From Elsinoe ampelina (lineage: Eukaryota), in assembly GCA_010093995.1 (NCBI GenBank), contig ML992501.1, positions 578,227 to 642,226 of the forward strand: 64,000 nt of DNA, given 5' to 3'. The first letter of the stretch is position 1. Each line of letters begins with the position of its first letter. The notes below the pieces were generated by a model, which was given only the letters and a program-made list of their open reading frames with translations, searched no databases and was not told where the DNA came from. The translations under genes and the position numbers were made by a program. Below, piece after piece: positions 11,652 through 23,826 of the stretch.

Positions 11652-12203
11652 ATGCACGCACACACAGAGCCGGACTCTGCAAAACACCTACGACACAACA
11701 CACTCTCCATGCTACCGGTAGTACTCCCGACCCACCCGCGATCTCCCACCGACCCCGACGAACTCCCCCCTCCCTTCCGCCCCTCAAACCTCCACTTCTT
11801 CAACCACCCCGACGCCCTCGCCGCCCACCCCTCCCTCAAAACTCGACCTCGTCCCCCTCCGCCCCACGACCCACATGGCCACCCCCCGCCCCCCCTCGAC
11901 GGCTTCATGGACTCCTCCATCCGCTCCGTAGACGACTACTGGGCCAAAATGCAGACCCGCGGCCGGCCCCCGCCCGAAGCGGCAAAGATAATCCACAAAC
12001 GCAAGGCCAAGCGCGGAGGCAAGAATATGCTCCAAGGAGCGAAGGATGTGGTCGATGCGGTGGGCGGGATGGTTGATGTGCAGAGGTGGAAGCTCAAGCG
12101 GGTTGGGAAGAGGGCGGGGAGGGCGGTGAGGAGGGTTGGGAAGAAGGTGAGGGATGTGGGGAGGAGGGAGAGTTATGTGAGTTACACGGGGAGTACTGGG
12201 TAG
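11652..12203 (+). CDS. hypothetical Pro-rich, basic protein
   Basis: 183-aa ORF with in-frame third-position bias (C-ending then G-ending codons). Confidence 0.5.
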   Translation: MHAHTEPDSAKHLRHNTLSMLPVVLPTHPRSPTDPDELPPPFRPSNLHFFNHPDALAAHPSLKTRPRPPPPHDPHGHPPPPLDGFMDSSIRSVDDYWAKMQTRGRPPPEAAKIIHKRKAKRGGKNMLQGAKDVVDAVGGMVDVQRWKLKRVGKRAGRAVRRVGKKVRDVGRRESYVSYTGSTG

Positions 12204-12456
12204 GTGGCTCTTGGGCTTGTAGAGGCGGTGAGGGAGGGGGAGGAGGTAATGGTTTAGAGGGGTCAAATGAGATATGAATTCTTTCCAATCTATGCAAATG
12301 GCTGTGAAACGTGCCAATGATATCGCCGTGGCGAATGGGGTATCTTTGAAAGGATGAAACCCAAACCATGATGTGCAAAGACATCCAACACTCCTTGGTC
12401 ATGCCGGTGACACGGCCTTACCTCCACAATACTCCCACACCCCTGCCCGCACCGCT

Positions 12457-15400
12457 CTACGGCACCTTGGCTGGACTAGGACTCGGTCTCGCGCTGTCCA
12501 TGTTCCCTTTCCACCGCGCCGACTCGGCGCCGATCTGCTCGTTTAGCTCTTCCAATTGACGGACTTGTTCTTGGATACTCGCGAGCTGGGGAGAAATTAG
12601 TATCTCATGTCAAGCAGGGGGATAGGTACGACATACTGTGCCCTCGACTGTCCTGCCCTGCTCATCAATCTCGTATCCATTCTCATCCCCCAACCCTAAG
12701 TCGTCACCTTTGAACCCCTCCGTGAACGGATCCTCCATGCCTCTTGTCCCAATACTGCCCCGACTGCCTCTACTCCCCCCTTTGCCCCCGGACCACGGCC
12801 TCGATCCCCCGCCTATACTCAAACCAGATGCATTCCCATCCACAATCCCCAACACATTCCTGGCCCCTCCCCCGGCGAGCCGCCACCTCTCCCCTTCCGC
12901 CCGACTCGCACTCAACTCCATCTCCAACTCCGCCACCCTCCCGCTCAACTCCCTCACCATCCGCGTCTTGACATCCAACTGCTCCTCCACGTCCCCGATC
13001 TCCGCCGCCACGAGCCGTACCTTCTCCGCATCGACGCCCTGCCCCGCCAGTCCCGCGAGGGAAGCAGCCACGCTTCTCTCCTCCGCCGCGCGTTCACGCT
13101 GATGCGCGTCCGCGAGAGCCGTCTGGAGCGAGGAGATGGTGGATTCGTACTCGGCCACTAGGTCGGCAGTGGTGGATTCTTCGTTGAGAGAGCGGGCTTC
13201 GCGTTCGGTGGTGAGGGCGTCTTGGGTTTCTGAGAGGAGGGCCTCGGCGCGTTTGAGGCGGGATTGGAGGGAGGTGAGTTCGGTGGCGTGGTGTTCTTTG
13301 GTGGAGGCGAGTTCGTGTTCGAGCGAGGTGGAGATGCGTCGGGAGATGTCGTCTTCGAGGACTTGGCGGGCTTCTTCGAGGGAGAGCTTGTGTTCAAGGC
13401 GCAGGTCTTCGATGGCGGAGGCGTGTTCGGACTTGAGCATTTCGGTGATTGAGGACGAGGAGGTTTGGGCTTCTTGCAGGGCGGCTCGGAGGGAGGAGAG
13501 TTCGGACTCGTGTGCCTCCACGGTGCTCGTTTGCGCGTTGGTAAGTTCGGTAGCGTGGGCGGCGAGGATGAGTTCGATCTGTTCGCGCAAGGAGGCGACT
13601 TGTGAGCGGAGGGCGTCGTTGTCGGCTTGGACTGACTTGAGCTCGGCCGCAGAGGTGGCTGATCGGCTGGCTTCCAGGGAGGCATTCTCTGCGCGAAGAG
13701 AGGAGAGCTCTGCCTGGAGTGCTTCTAGCTCGGATTTGTGGGTAGCCTGGAGTCCGGCTGCGCGAGTCTCGAGCTCGGTATTGTGCTTCTCGATCAATGC
13801 GGTACTCTCTTCCTCCAACTCAGAAATCCGACTCTCCGCATTCGTAAGCTTGGTAGTTACTGCATCGACGTCGGTAGCTGAGTTGCGGAGTGCCTCGAGT
13901 TCCCTATCCTTTGCCTCCAGCGCCTGGCTATGGGTATTGCCGAGCTCTGAGAGCTCAGTCTCAAGGTGCTGAGTATGTTGCTTGGTCAAGCTCTCAACCT
14001 TACTCTCGAATTCGCCAGCGGCAGTCTCAAGAGCGGCCTTTGCCTGTTCTGCTGCCGCGAGCTTCTCAGCTAGGCCTTTGCTATCGGCGGAAGAAGCTTT
14101 CAAGGATTCGATCTCGGTGTCTCTGGTCTTCAGTACATGAGCATGGCCGGACTGAATCTCAGCAATCTTCGTCTCGAGTTGCTGAGCGTGCTCTGTTGCA
14201 AAAGCATCAAATTTCGTTTGCAATTCCATAAAGCTCTGTTCCAGTGTCTCCTTTTCTTTTCCCAGAATAGACAACTTCTCAGTAGCATCGGCATGGTCTG
14301 CAGTTACGGATTGGAGGGAAGCAAGCTCCTTGTCCTTTGCAGCGATTGCTTCATTGTGGGAAGATTTGAGCTCCTCGATACTAGAATGGTTGCTCTCCCG
14401 CTCCTTCTCGACAGCATCGAGCTTCTGCTTCAGCTCGCCGAGCATCTGCTCCAAGTCTGCTTTGTCCTTCTCGACCGCGATCAGCTTGGAAGCAGCAGCG
14501 GTACTATCCTCGAAAGACGACTGGAGAGACGCCATCTCGTTATGCTTGTCCCACAGAGCCTTTTCGTGCTTTGTCTTTAGATTTTCGACTTCAGTCTGGC
14601 TATCAGCGTATTTCTGCTCCAGCTCGGTAGCTTGCTGCTTAAGGTCGGCGTTGATGCTCTCAAGCTTCTCCTGTCGTTGTTCCAGTTCGGCGAGCCTGCT
14701 TGCTCGAGCAGTGGCTCCCTCCAACGATGAGCGAAGTGTCGCAAGCTCTGCATCTTTCTGTCGCAACAGTGTCTCGCTCTCGGCTTTCGCAGCAGTGGCA
14801 GCGGACTCAAGCTCGTTAATGCGATCGCCCAAAGTGGTCTTCTCGAAGCCGCTGACTGCACTTTGCTCTTTCAGCAGATTGAGCTCCTTTTCGAGTTCAC
14901 CGTGGGCATTCTGCAAACGCTCAGTCTCCTCGTTACTTGCTGTAGCTGCTTCGAGCTGTGATTTCAACGATGCAATCTCGGACTGCAGCGAGTCCCGATT
15001 ACTGGCAGACTCGTCGAGCGACCTCGACCGTTCTTGGATCGCTTCTCGATGCTTGGTCTCCAATTCTGCAGACTCCTTCTCCAGCCTAGCAATGGTCTTC
15101 TGGAGCTCTTTCGCCTTGCCTTCATGGTCTGAGCGCAGATGGTCCATCTGCTTCTCCAGATCTTGATTTTGACGTTTGAGGTCCTGGCCGGTCTCCTCTG
15201 AGGACGCAACAAGATCTTTGTTCTCCTTTCGAAGCTGTTGACTGAGATCCTCGTATTGCTTGAGCTCTTTTTGAAGCTTTTCTGTCATGGAAGTCATCTC
15301 TTTGAGGTCGGCTTCCTGCTTTGATGCCTGGCTGGCGTTTGTTGCATGCAGGGCGTCGATCTCAGCTTGGAGATCCTGGACGACTTTTTTCCCATCTGCC

Positions 15401-17163
15401 CCTTCTTGCTGAAGCTTCTTGATGGTTTCCTCGAGGTCTCGGAGGTGCTTCGCTGAAGCGTCCTTGTCCTGAGCAACAGAAGCTCTGTCGGTCTCGATGG
15501 ACTGTCGCAAAGCGTCCAGTTCCTCCTGCAGCTTGGAATTGTCTAAACCGGCTTGCTCATGCTTGGTTGAAAGATCCGAAAGCCTCGACGACGCTTCTGA
15601 TCTTGCCTTGTCGAGCTCATCTTGTGCTTTCTTGAGTTCCTGGCCATGTTTTCCAGCTGTCTCTGTAGCAAGCCTGCTTGCGTTCTCGAGAGCCTTTTTA
15701 ACCTCGTCAAGCTCCCTTTGCAGACCTTGTGCAGCAGTGACCTTCCCATCAGAAGTTTGAAGCTTGTTCTTCAGCTCTTGGACCATCTTCTCCGCTTTGT
15801 CTGCTCTGCTCTTCACATCCGCACTCTCACCAACCTGCTTCTTGACCACTTCCAACTCTTTCCTAAGGCTCTCGGTGACCTTGACAGCAGCTTCCTTCTC
15901 TTCCCTCTCCCTCTTGGATTCCTCGTCCAGGGTCTTTTGAGCACGGTCGATCTCCTCTCGCAGATCCTGGATTGTCTTGGCCAGCTCCTTCTTATCGCGG
16001 CTCTCCTTGCTCAAGTCGTCTTTCAAGGTCTTCTCATTCTCGCTCTTCTCTTGCAGGGCTGCTTCGACATCGGCGATCTTCCCTTCGACTCCGGCCAGCT
16101 TATTGCTCTTGCTCTTCAGACCCTCAATTTCGGATTGGAGGTCTTTGATCTGCTTCTCGTAGCGTTTACGCATCTGGTCCATGAATTCATTCCCAGGAGT
16201 AGCTGCTGGCCTATCATCTTTCCTCTTTGCGCCTTCGATCTTCAGCTTCTGCACCTCCTTCTCGCTTCTCCCAAGATCCGCCCTGAGCGACTCTATTTGC
16301 TCCTCCAATTCTTCACGTCGCCGCGTCTCCTTGAAGAAGTCATTCATGATGCGATATTCCCGCATGTTCTGATCTTCGTCGTCATCGTGGCCAGATGTGT
16401 GTGGTCTCGGCCGGCCGATGACAACACTACGAGCCCGTCCATGGCCCGGCTTGCGCGGTACTTCCACTTCAGCATCCGATGCAATTTGACTCGGAGCGCG
16501 AGCTCGTAAGGGCAGCTCAGGGACTGTGGGCAGAGTGGCGGGCGGAGAGCGGGCGGAGCACGAAGGAGATCGTGGAGGGATGCGTTTGGGTGAGGGTGAG
16601 CTTGCCTTTGTAGGCGAGGGGGGCAACTTGGCTGGAGAGCGAGGCGCATTGGCTATGGTCTGCTTCGTCGGCCTGGACAGAGGGGCCGGCACCTTCTTGA
16701 CGACGGAAGGTGAGCTCGCGGCAGGACTGGTCTTGCTACTGGAAGTAGGCCCCGGTGTCTTGGTTGTGGTGACCGGTCGGCGAGGGGCAGCAGAGACAGT
16801 CGAGGTGGTTGAGATGGTAGGCTTGGTCGGTCTAGCACCGCTGACACTCGACGTCAAGGTGGATGTTCGCCTTGTTGCGGCGGTCCCAGCGGGGACATCA
16901 CTCGACTTTGAGTCGACATCTGAATCTGTACGTGAGGACTTTGGCCGTGCAGTAGTCGAGGTCAGATGGGGTCGAGTCGGGGGCTTGCTGATAGTCGCCC
17001 CCGTGGTCCTTGAAGCTGAAGAGGAAGGCCTGGGGGCAGCATTGGTCGAGTGTGCGAGGGATGCCTTGGTAGCCGTGGAAGTTCTGCTAGAGGCAGGGCT
17101 GGCCGTCTTCTTCCGCAGAGCCTCTTCGCTAGCTAGCTTAGCACGCTCTCTCGCCGTGGACAT
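12457..17163 (-). CDS. large coiled-coil protein with Ser/Thr/Pro-rich basic N-terminus
   Basis: 1517-aa ORF plus terminal exon (intron 12636-12586 GTATGT..CTAAT..CCAG; last exon LASIQEQVRQLEELNEQI...KVP*). About 1000 aa of E/K/L heptads. Confidence 0.85.
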
Positions 17164-17733
17164 GTTGGTGTGCCGAGCATGTGATGATGATGTCGAGATG
17201 CAGAGTCAAGTGTCAGGTAGTCAATGCCGGAGGCCGAGTCGGCGACTGTACGAGCATCCCAAATAGAAAATAATAGCTGGCAACACGGACGCGGGTCCAT
17301 ATCCCTGATTTTCAGGCACGCGCTTCGTCACTCGTCATGGTACCAGGCGAATCAGGAGCGGCTTGAGGGGGAATTGGCACGTCGAGGCCGTCCCCACTTA
17401 ATCGCGAGCTAGGGCATTTGGTCGTGGACCTTGCATCGAGCAATGATTGAGGCGCGTCATCGAGATCTTCTACGTCGGATCGATCAAGAGCTTCGAGTTT
17501 CACCCATCGTCTTACTTTTGCTCAAACCAAACACTCAAACGGAACGCCTTCGGGGATTTTGCACCCTCGGGGAATGCTACTGTAGAGCTCAGCTCTCGGG
17601 GACATTGACATGTACCACCGCTGGGAAAGAGTCTTCAAATACCAGCAGAAACCCTGGTAAGTACGGTAAGAAACAGTAAGCATCCCCTTTCAAGCAGATC
17701 ACGTCTCCAAAGTCCAATCTTTCCGATACCATC

Positions 17734-18332
17734 ATGGCCGTCCCAGCAGGAACTTCCGTCCGCCAATTGGGCACTCTGCCCGGCTCCTTCGAGTTCAACA
17801 AGAAGCTTTCCGACAGCGACGACAAGATGCTCGACCTACAGGGCATTGGCTGGATCATGCGTCAAGCCATCAAGCACTCCGGCGTGACCCTCAACATCCA
17901 CAGCAAGACCGACGACAAGGGTGTCTTTCACCTCGACATTGAGCAGATCGCTTCTGGAGGATACAAGAACTGGGAATACCGACCAATGGACTGGGAGGTT
18001 CAGCAGAAGGAGGACGGCGCCTATGGCCAGATTAAGCTCAAGTCCCGTTTCGTGGACGCCAGCGAAATCGGCAATGGCTTCCTCAAGAATGGCTTCTCCG
18101 GAGAGGTGATCAATACCTACTCCGAGTCGGTTGGCCTGAAGGGCGACCAGTGGCAAGCTGATCAGGTCTGGGGCATCGAGACCGTTGACGGTGGTCCTCA
18201 GTAAGTGTTGTCTATGCCGGCTATGCCATTCAATGCTAATTTCGTGGCAGCTATACCCGCCACATCCACTTCACGCGTGGCAATGAAGTCCTCGACATTA
18301 GAAAGGTCTATGACTTCAAGCCTACAGCATAA
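17734..18332 (+). CDS. conserved fungal calycin/lipocalin-like beta-barrel protein
   Basis: NKKLSDSDDKMLDLQGIGWIMRQAI...WQADQVWGIETVDG; intron 18201-18250; last exon YTRHIHFTRGNEVLDIRKVYDF. Confidence 0.7.
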
Positions 18333-18750
18333 GCATCAGAATGATTGGAGGACACGTTATACCCTTGGATCACCTTCTCACGACCCTATTGAACCAATGC
18401 TGGTCATTTTGCGAATATCACTACTGTAGCCTTGAATGCAAATCAATTGCTGCTCCATATCTCCGCGTGCTCCTTTCTTTCCTGGCATCTCCAATGCGTA
18501 GATACCCTCAAGATCCTATTTCTAGTGCTTCATGTACCGTCGTACAGTCACCAAACAATAGCTGAATGATGCTTTCTAATTTCAATGGAGGTCGGCTCAG
18601 ATGTGGCAAGCTTGCATTGAGCCGAGCCACTAACATTCACTCTGTAATGACCTCGCAGTTGCCATCTCGTCTTTCCAACATGCACTTTCACAATTGAATC
18701 GCTCGATCCAGCGAGGCTGACACATCGTCAATCATGAGTGACTCCCAATC

Positions 18751-19386
18751 ATGATGCTCTCAATCAAACGGCCAACCTCGTCCGCGGTGCTTTACACCAT
18801 CTCAACACGACCGCCCGCGCCAACATTCTCCACCAGAGCCCAGCGGCTCTTCAGAGGATCCCTACGTGTCGCAGTCGCCACATTCATACTCGTCACGTTA
18901 TTTTGGAAGCTCCATTCGACTCACCTGGCAATTCGCAATGTCACCAATCCTTTCCAGCACACCTTTCCGGATGCTTTGGCCAACGCAGCACAGTGGAGAT
19001 GGCTCGTCCCGATCTCGATCATGTTTCTCTATCTATCCGTCCGCAAAGGATACACTGAGGAGAGTCTCCTTGTGATCCGAGGACTAGGCGTACAGACTTC
19101 GACCAGCAGTCCGACATATCTGAGCACGGCATCGACAAGGTTCATCCCTACTAGCTCGATCCAGGATATCTTCTTGCATGAAGCATTCAAGGATTTTGAG
19201 GTGAAATTCTATCTGTCAATCGTCGTAGAGAACGAGGAGGATCTCGTGGTGGTGTTTCCGGTATGAGCTTCCGGTCACTCAATCTCATGGTGCAGCAGCT
19301 TACAGTCACAGAACGTATTTCCGAAGCGACAGTTGCTCGAAGAAGTCTGGCGAGGCAGTAAAGCTTGTTTATACGAGCCCAAATGA
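18751..19386 (+). CDS. GPI15: GPI-GlcNAc transferase subunit PIG-H/Gpi15
   Basis: Two TM segments, then EESLLVIRGLGVQTST...RFIPTSSIQDIFLHEAF...VKFYLSIVVE.E.DLVVVFP; intron 19261-19311; end FPKRQLLEEVWRGSKACLYEPK*. Confidence 0.9.
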
Positions 19387-19455
19387 AGCTGTGGTCAAAA
19401 ATAGTCACCATGGCCACGCATCATGGTAGCAGAGACGGGGCAGGGCAAGGTATGT

Positions 19456-21234
19456 CTATTCATCTACATCCATGGTCTGAGCAGCCTTCTCATCAAGACC
19501 TTTCTTCTGACGATACCTAGCATTCAAGTCCATGTAATGCTCTGTCCTTTCCTTACGCATGATCGGCACGTATGTACCATTCGGCCTTGGGTCATTCCCG
19601 CCATCAAACACTCTCTGGCTACGGCGCGACTCTCCCCCTACCCTCTCAGGAAGACTGGTCTGTCTCCCTTGAAATGCTACCAAGTCCGCAAGACTCCCCG
19701 CTAGGACCTCATCGATCTTCCGCGATCGCCATGTGGTCCATAAAGAGTCCATAATCCCATTGCGACCAAATTTGCCGTCACCGCCGTCAATGTCGGCTTG
19801 CTTGCTGAGATCTCGACCGCCATCGTCGCCGACGTAGACCCATTTCAGACTCTCCTTCCCATCTGAACTGCCTTTCTCCGGGAATTTGCAGTCCCACAAC
19901 ACGAGTGGTGCGTCTGATGCCATCTCATACTTTGGACGGGTCGGAGTCTTCCTTACATCCAGAAGATCTGAAACGACTGAAGGCGCCTCGAGACCTTGAC
20001 CGACCAGGAACAACACTGCGACCATGTTGCGCACTTGATGCCACAAGAATGCCGAGCCATTCACATTGAAGGTATAAAGCTTTGGCGGACTCGCGGAAAT
20101 GATGGTGCCGGCGCCGCCATTGATTTGTGTATCCTCGTCGACCGCAAAATCTGGAGAACCAACATAGCCAACCGGCCCCTTTGTCGAATCCAGCTCTTCT
20201 ATGCTCGCGTGGAATATACGCCGCTCGAAGTTTGTAATTTGCTTGCCCGGATCAATCTTACAGAAGTTTCTAAAGTCATGCAAGCCTTCCAGCCTCTTCG
20301 CGGCATCTCGCATGGCATCGATGTCTAGCCAGCCCTCGCGAAGCGGCCTCCCCATCACGGTCTTGTTCATTCCACGGGCGCCTGGTACTGGTGCATACCC
20401 TGGGTTGGTGAAGAAGTATCGATACTGTCGCTCCTCGCAGGAGAATCGAGCCGAGAAATCAGGTGGAGGATCAGGACACCATGCGAGCACTCGAATGTCG
20501 TCTGGCAGGACACGGTTCAATGTCTGGATGTATGGTACCTCGTCTCGTATCGGGTCAAATGGCTTCTCTTCTTGCTCGATCTGCTCGTCCGTTGGCCGAC
20601 TTGCATCACCCGCTCCTTCTTCCACATCGGCGCTTTCCACCTTCTTCCTCTTCTTCAGACCTGGCACTGGTCTCGCGCTCCGGACCTTTAATGCTACCAC
20701 TTGACCGAAAGCGCTGACGCCTCGATCGGTCCTCCCGCACTTTGAGTACTCGCATCCTTCCCAATTCACCTCTCCTTGTCCGGTCGGGAAGATCAACCTT
20801 GTCTTCATAAGCGCCTTCCAGAGCTCTTCCTCGATCGTAGGTAGTGGGGTGGTGTTATTCGCATGGTGTTCCAGGCCGTTATACCTTTGTCCGAGGTACG
20901 CGAACTTCAGAGCAATATACCGAGTCGAGTAGCGACTTGCGTCGAATGTCTTCAGCCCATCTTTCTTTGCCCTCTTTGCCTGCCTTTTTGCGAAACCGGG
21001 CGATACTTGTGATTTGGCCTCAGCTGTTAGCGCATGTAGTCGGGACTCCAGCTCCTCTACGCGCTTCACCAGCTTGTCGGCTGGCCATTGACGGTAGTCC
21101 AGCGCATCGGCCATGGTTTTCGAGCTTGCTGGTCGAGGTGAGGCGTGGGATGCCGCGCTGTGGAAGTTTCCGACTTTGAGATGCTTCAGTGTCGTGACAT
21201 GTCTTCTGCCAGTCGGAACGACAGAAGTAAGCAT
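19456..21234 (-). CDS. PUS3: tRNA pseudouridine(38/39) synthase (TruA family)
   Basis: RYIALKFAYLGQRYNG, YSKCGRTDRGVSAFGQV (catalytic Asp), FSARFSC..RQYRYFF, HDFRNFCK, GSAFLWHQVRNMV. Candidate starts at 21234 or 21114. Confidence 0.93.
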   Translation of the reverse strand: MLTSVVPTGRRHVTTLKHLKVGNFHSAASHASPRPASSKTMADALDYRQWPADKLVKRVEELESRLHALTAEAKSQVSPGFAKRQAKRAKKDGLKTFDASRYSTRYIALKFAYLGQRYNGLEHHANNTTPLPTIEEELWKALMKTRLIFPTGQGEVNWEGCEYSKCGRTDRGVSAFGQVVALKVRSARPVPGLKKRKKVESADVEEGAGDASRPTDEQIEQEEKPFDPIRDEVPYIQTLNRVLPDDIRVLAWCPDPPPDFSARFSCEERQYRYFFTNPGYAPVPGARGMNKTVMGRPLREGWLDIDAMRDAAKRLEGLHDFRNFCKIDPGKQITNFERRIFHASIEELDSTKGPVGYVGSPDFAVDEDTQINGGAGTIISASPPKLYTFNVNGSAFLWHQVRNMVAVLFLVGQGLEAPSVVSDLLDVRKTPTRPKYEMASDAPLVLWDCKFPEKGSSDGKESLKWVYVGDDGGRDLSKQADIDGGDGKFGRNGIMDSLWTTWRSRKIDEVLAGSLADLVAFQGRQTSLPERVGGESRRSQRVFDGGNDPRPNGTYVPIMRKERTEHYMDLNARYRQKKGLDEKAAQTMDVDE

Positions 21235-21413
21235 AGAAACAAGACAAATGATCTTTGTAGTGAACTGCTGAGTGATTGAGCAATCTGGATGACGAGGACC
21301 AAAAACCGAGTCATGTATAAAATTTGCTTGACTCGAGCCCAAAGCTCTGCCTAGGTCATCTTGACCTTGACCTCACTTTCGGATCTCACATCCGACCTGA
21401 TTTGAGACTCAGC

Positions 21414-22181
21414 ATGGCACGATCCCGCTCTCGCTCCCCCGAGCGGCCCAAGAAATCCAAAGGCGGATTCAAATGGAAAGATAAACCCAGCAAAGACACG
21501 CCCTCCTCCGACGCTCCCTCGAAATCCACCTACCGCGAACGATCACCCAAATACGACTCCCGACCCCGCGACAGGAGCCCCGACCGCACCCACGAACGCC
21601 GTCGCTCACGCTCCCGGGAACGAAGACGCCACAGCGACCGCGACACCGCCTACCGCGAAGACCGCTACCACGACCGCGACTCCACGCGCCGCGCACCAAA
21701 AGCAGACCCCAAAGAACCCCCCCCCAAATCCCACCCCACTCCCACCCCCGTCCCCGCCCCAGCACCACCCGCAGTCGACAAAACCTCCATCGCCGCCAAA
21801 TTCGGCGCCAAAGCCGCATCCGCCGCCCGCAAACCCCCTCCCAGCACCTCCACAAGCAACCCCTCCGCCCCGGCGTCCCACAGCGACATCCCCCCCGTCC
21901 GCCCCCCTCCCGAGAAGAAACACACCCTCCCCTCCGCCTCGGAACCCATGATCATAGTGCACGTCAACGACCGCCTCGGGACCAAGGCCGCGATCCCGTG
22001 TCTCGCGAGCGATCCGGTGAAGGCGTTCAAAGCCATGGTGGCGGCGCGGATAGGTAGGCAGCCGCATGAGATCATGCTCAAGAGGCAGGGGGAGAGGCCG
22101 TTTAAGGATCAGTTGACGTTGGAGGATTATGGGGTTAGTAATGGGGTGCAGTTGGATTTGGAGTTGGATACGGGGGATTAG
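21414..22181 (+). CDS. HUB1: Hub1/UBL5 ubiquitin-like protein with RS-rich N-terminal extension
   Basis: C-terminal MIIVHVNDRLGTKAAIPCLASDPVKAFKAMVAARIGRQPHEIMLKR...FKDQLTLEDYGVSNGVQLDL matches Hub1. N-terminus MARSRSRSPER... Confidence 0.88.
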   Translation: MARSRSRSPERPKKSKGGFKWKDKPSKDTPSSDAPSKSTYRERSPKYDSRPRDRSPDRTHERRRSRSRERRRHSDRDTAYREDRYHDRDSTRRAPKADPKEPPPKSHPTPTPVPAPAPPAVDKTSIAAKFGAKAASAARKPPPSTSTSNPSAPASHSDIPPVRPPPEKKHTLPSASEPMIIVHVNDRLGTKAAIPCLASDPVKAFKAMVAARIGRQPHEIMLKRQGERPFKDQLTLEDYGVSNGVQLDLELDTGD

Positions 22182-22429
22182 GTTGGGGAGAGGGATGGAG
22201 GGGGGAATGCAGGGGATGAGGGAGGGGAAGGGGGAAGGGAGGGAGGCAAGGAAGAAAGGGGCGTGGGAGAAGGGGAGAAGGCGGGTGGAACGGTGGGCAA
22301 AGGACCCAAGGGCATAATGAGAGGTGAAGTGAAGTAATACCCTATCTGGCATGGCGAGTTATATATGAAGCATCGACGACGGCAGAAAATTTGGTATCAT
22401 TACAGTCCACTATTTACCCGCAAGACCAT

Positions 22430-23632
22430 CTAAAACACGCTGATGTAGTTGCCGATCCGATCCTTTTGCTGTTGAGCAATACACTCGGCGATCCATGTGA
22501 TGTTTCTGATTTCCTGGGACATGTTAGCCATGGTTTGTTCGGAGTGCCGGATGCACCTACCTGCTCCCTCAACTTGACCCAAGCATATACGATTGCGTGC
22601 GTGAACTGGTGTGTGAATGCAATCTTGCTCAACTCCATCTCCTTCTGGTAGAATAGATCTTCCAGACTCTTGCCCTCGTCTCCCATGTTGCCTCCTTGGC
22701 CCCCTGACATGCCAGTTTGATCGAACGCGGATCGATAGTCGTGCACACCGTCGATAGCGATGCGTACACCTTCTGGGTCTTCGGCTCGGCTGAGCATCAG
22801 TGTGCCTTCAGGATGCAGCTTGCCAAAGTTGGGGTATAGCTTCTTCCGGTCTGCCTTGCTCAACTCAGTTCCAAAGCTGTTTAGTGTGATGTTGATGGAT
22901 CGTCTGTCTGCCTCAAACTCTAGTACCTCGCTCATGATCTCCTGCGTGGGGGTTCCTGATAGCTCGGGGTGCGTATTGACAAAGTTGTGGAAGTCTTCGA
23001 GGTAGTTCTTGTACAGAGTGTTGCGGATGATCTCAATGTTGAGCTCGTCGAGATCCTGATGCGACAGCGAACCCTTGAAATATGGCGCGAGAGGTGTCTC
23101 GATGAGAACAGAGTTGTACAGCTCTTCGATGTTTGTTGCGACGCAAAGTGCTGGCATGGTCTCGAAGTAGCCAAGAGGATGGCACTTCTCAAGGAGTTCC
23201 CGGGTGTCTCGGTCGTGGAGCGTCCCAGTGATGAGTAGCGCCACGTTATCGATCATGTATCCATATGTGATGTACTCGCAGAACTTTGAAAGTGATCCAA
23301 CAGCGTTTGCCTGGATGTACCGAAACTCTGCTACGAGCTTCTCGAGAGTCTTGTCTGCTAGGGCGCTGGTTGATGGGTTTGGGGGAAGGTTACCGAGAAA
23401 GTCGCCATATGATGGGCCTAGCTGGAGTTTCACATCTGTGGATATACAGTCAGCATACATTCACTACCTTGCATGTATACCTTTCCAAGCTGGGTGGCTG
23501 AAGCATACCATCAATCGTTTCGCATTGTGTAAGGTTGCCGTACGCCGCGCTCGTGAGTAATGTGTTCCTGTAGCCTCGTACTATCCCCTCGATGTAGCCA
23601 TTTGCTACGTTGTAGAACAGTCCCTCCGCCAT
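22430..23632 (-). CDS. VMA6: V-ATPase V0 subunit d
   Basis: MAEGLFYNVANGYIEGIVRGYRN...; introns 23508-23436 and 22560-22514; ends EIRNITWIAECIAQQQKDRIGNYISVF*. Confidence 0.97.
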
Positions 23633-23826
23633 AGTGACAGAGCGTGGTGAATGTTCGAGCAAGAAGCAGGCTGTCTGATGCGGCGAAGAGGTCATGGCTC
23701 GACAATACTACGGTGGTCCAAACCTGCATCCCGTCGTGCAAGCTGCTTCACGGTGATTGGACCACGAACAAACGTCACCCCGCGGAAGCTCAGGGATTCA
23801 AAAGAATCTCCCTGTCTCTCTCCCTA

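Noticed and set aside
12638..17266. Several long + strand ORFs (246-295 aa)
   Set aside because: Antisense shadows of the coiled-coil gene.
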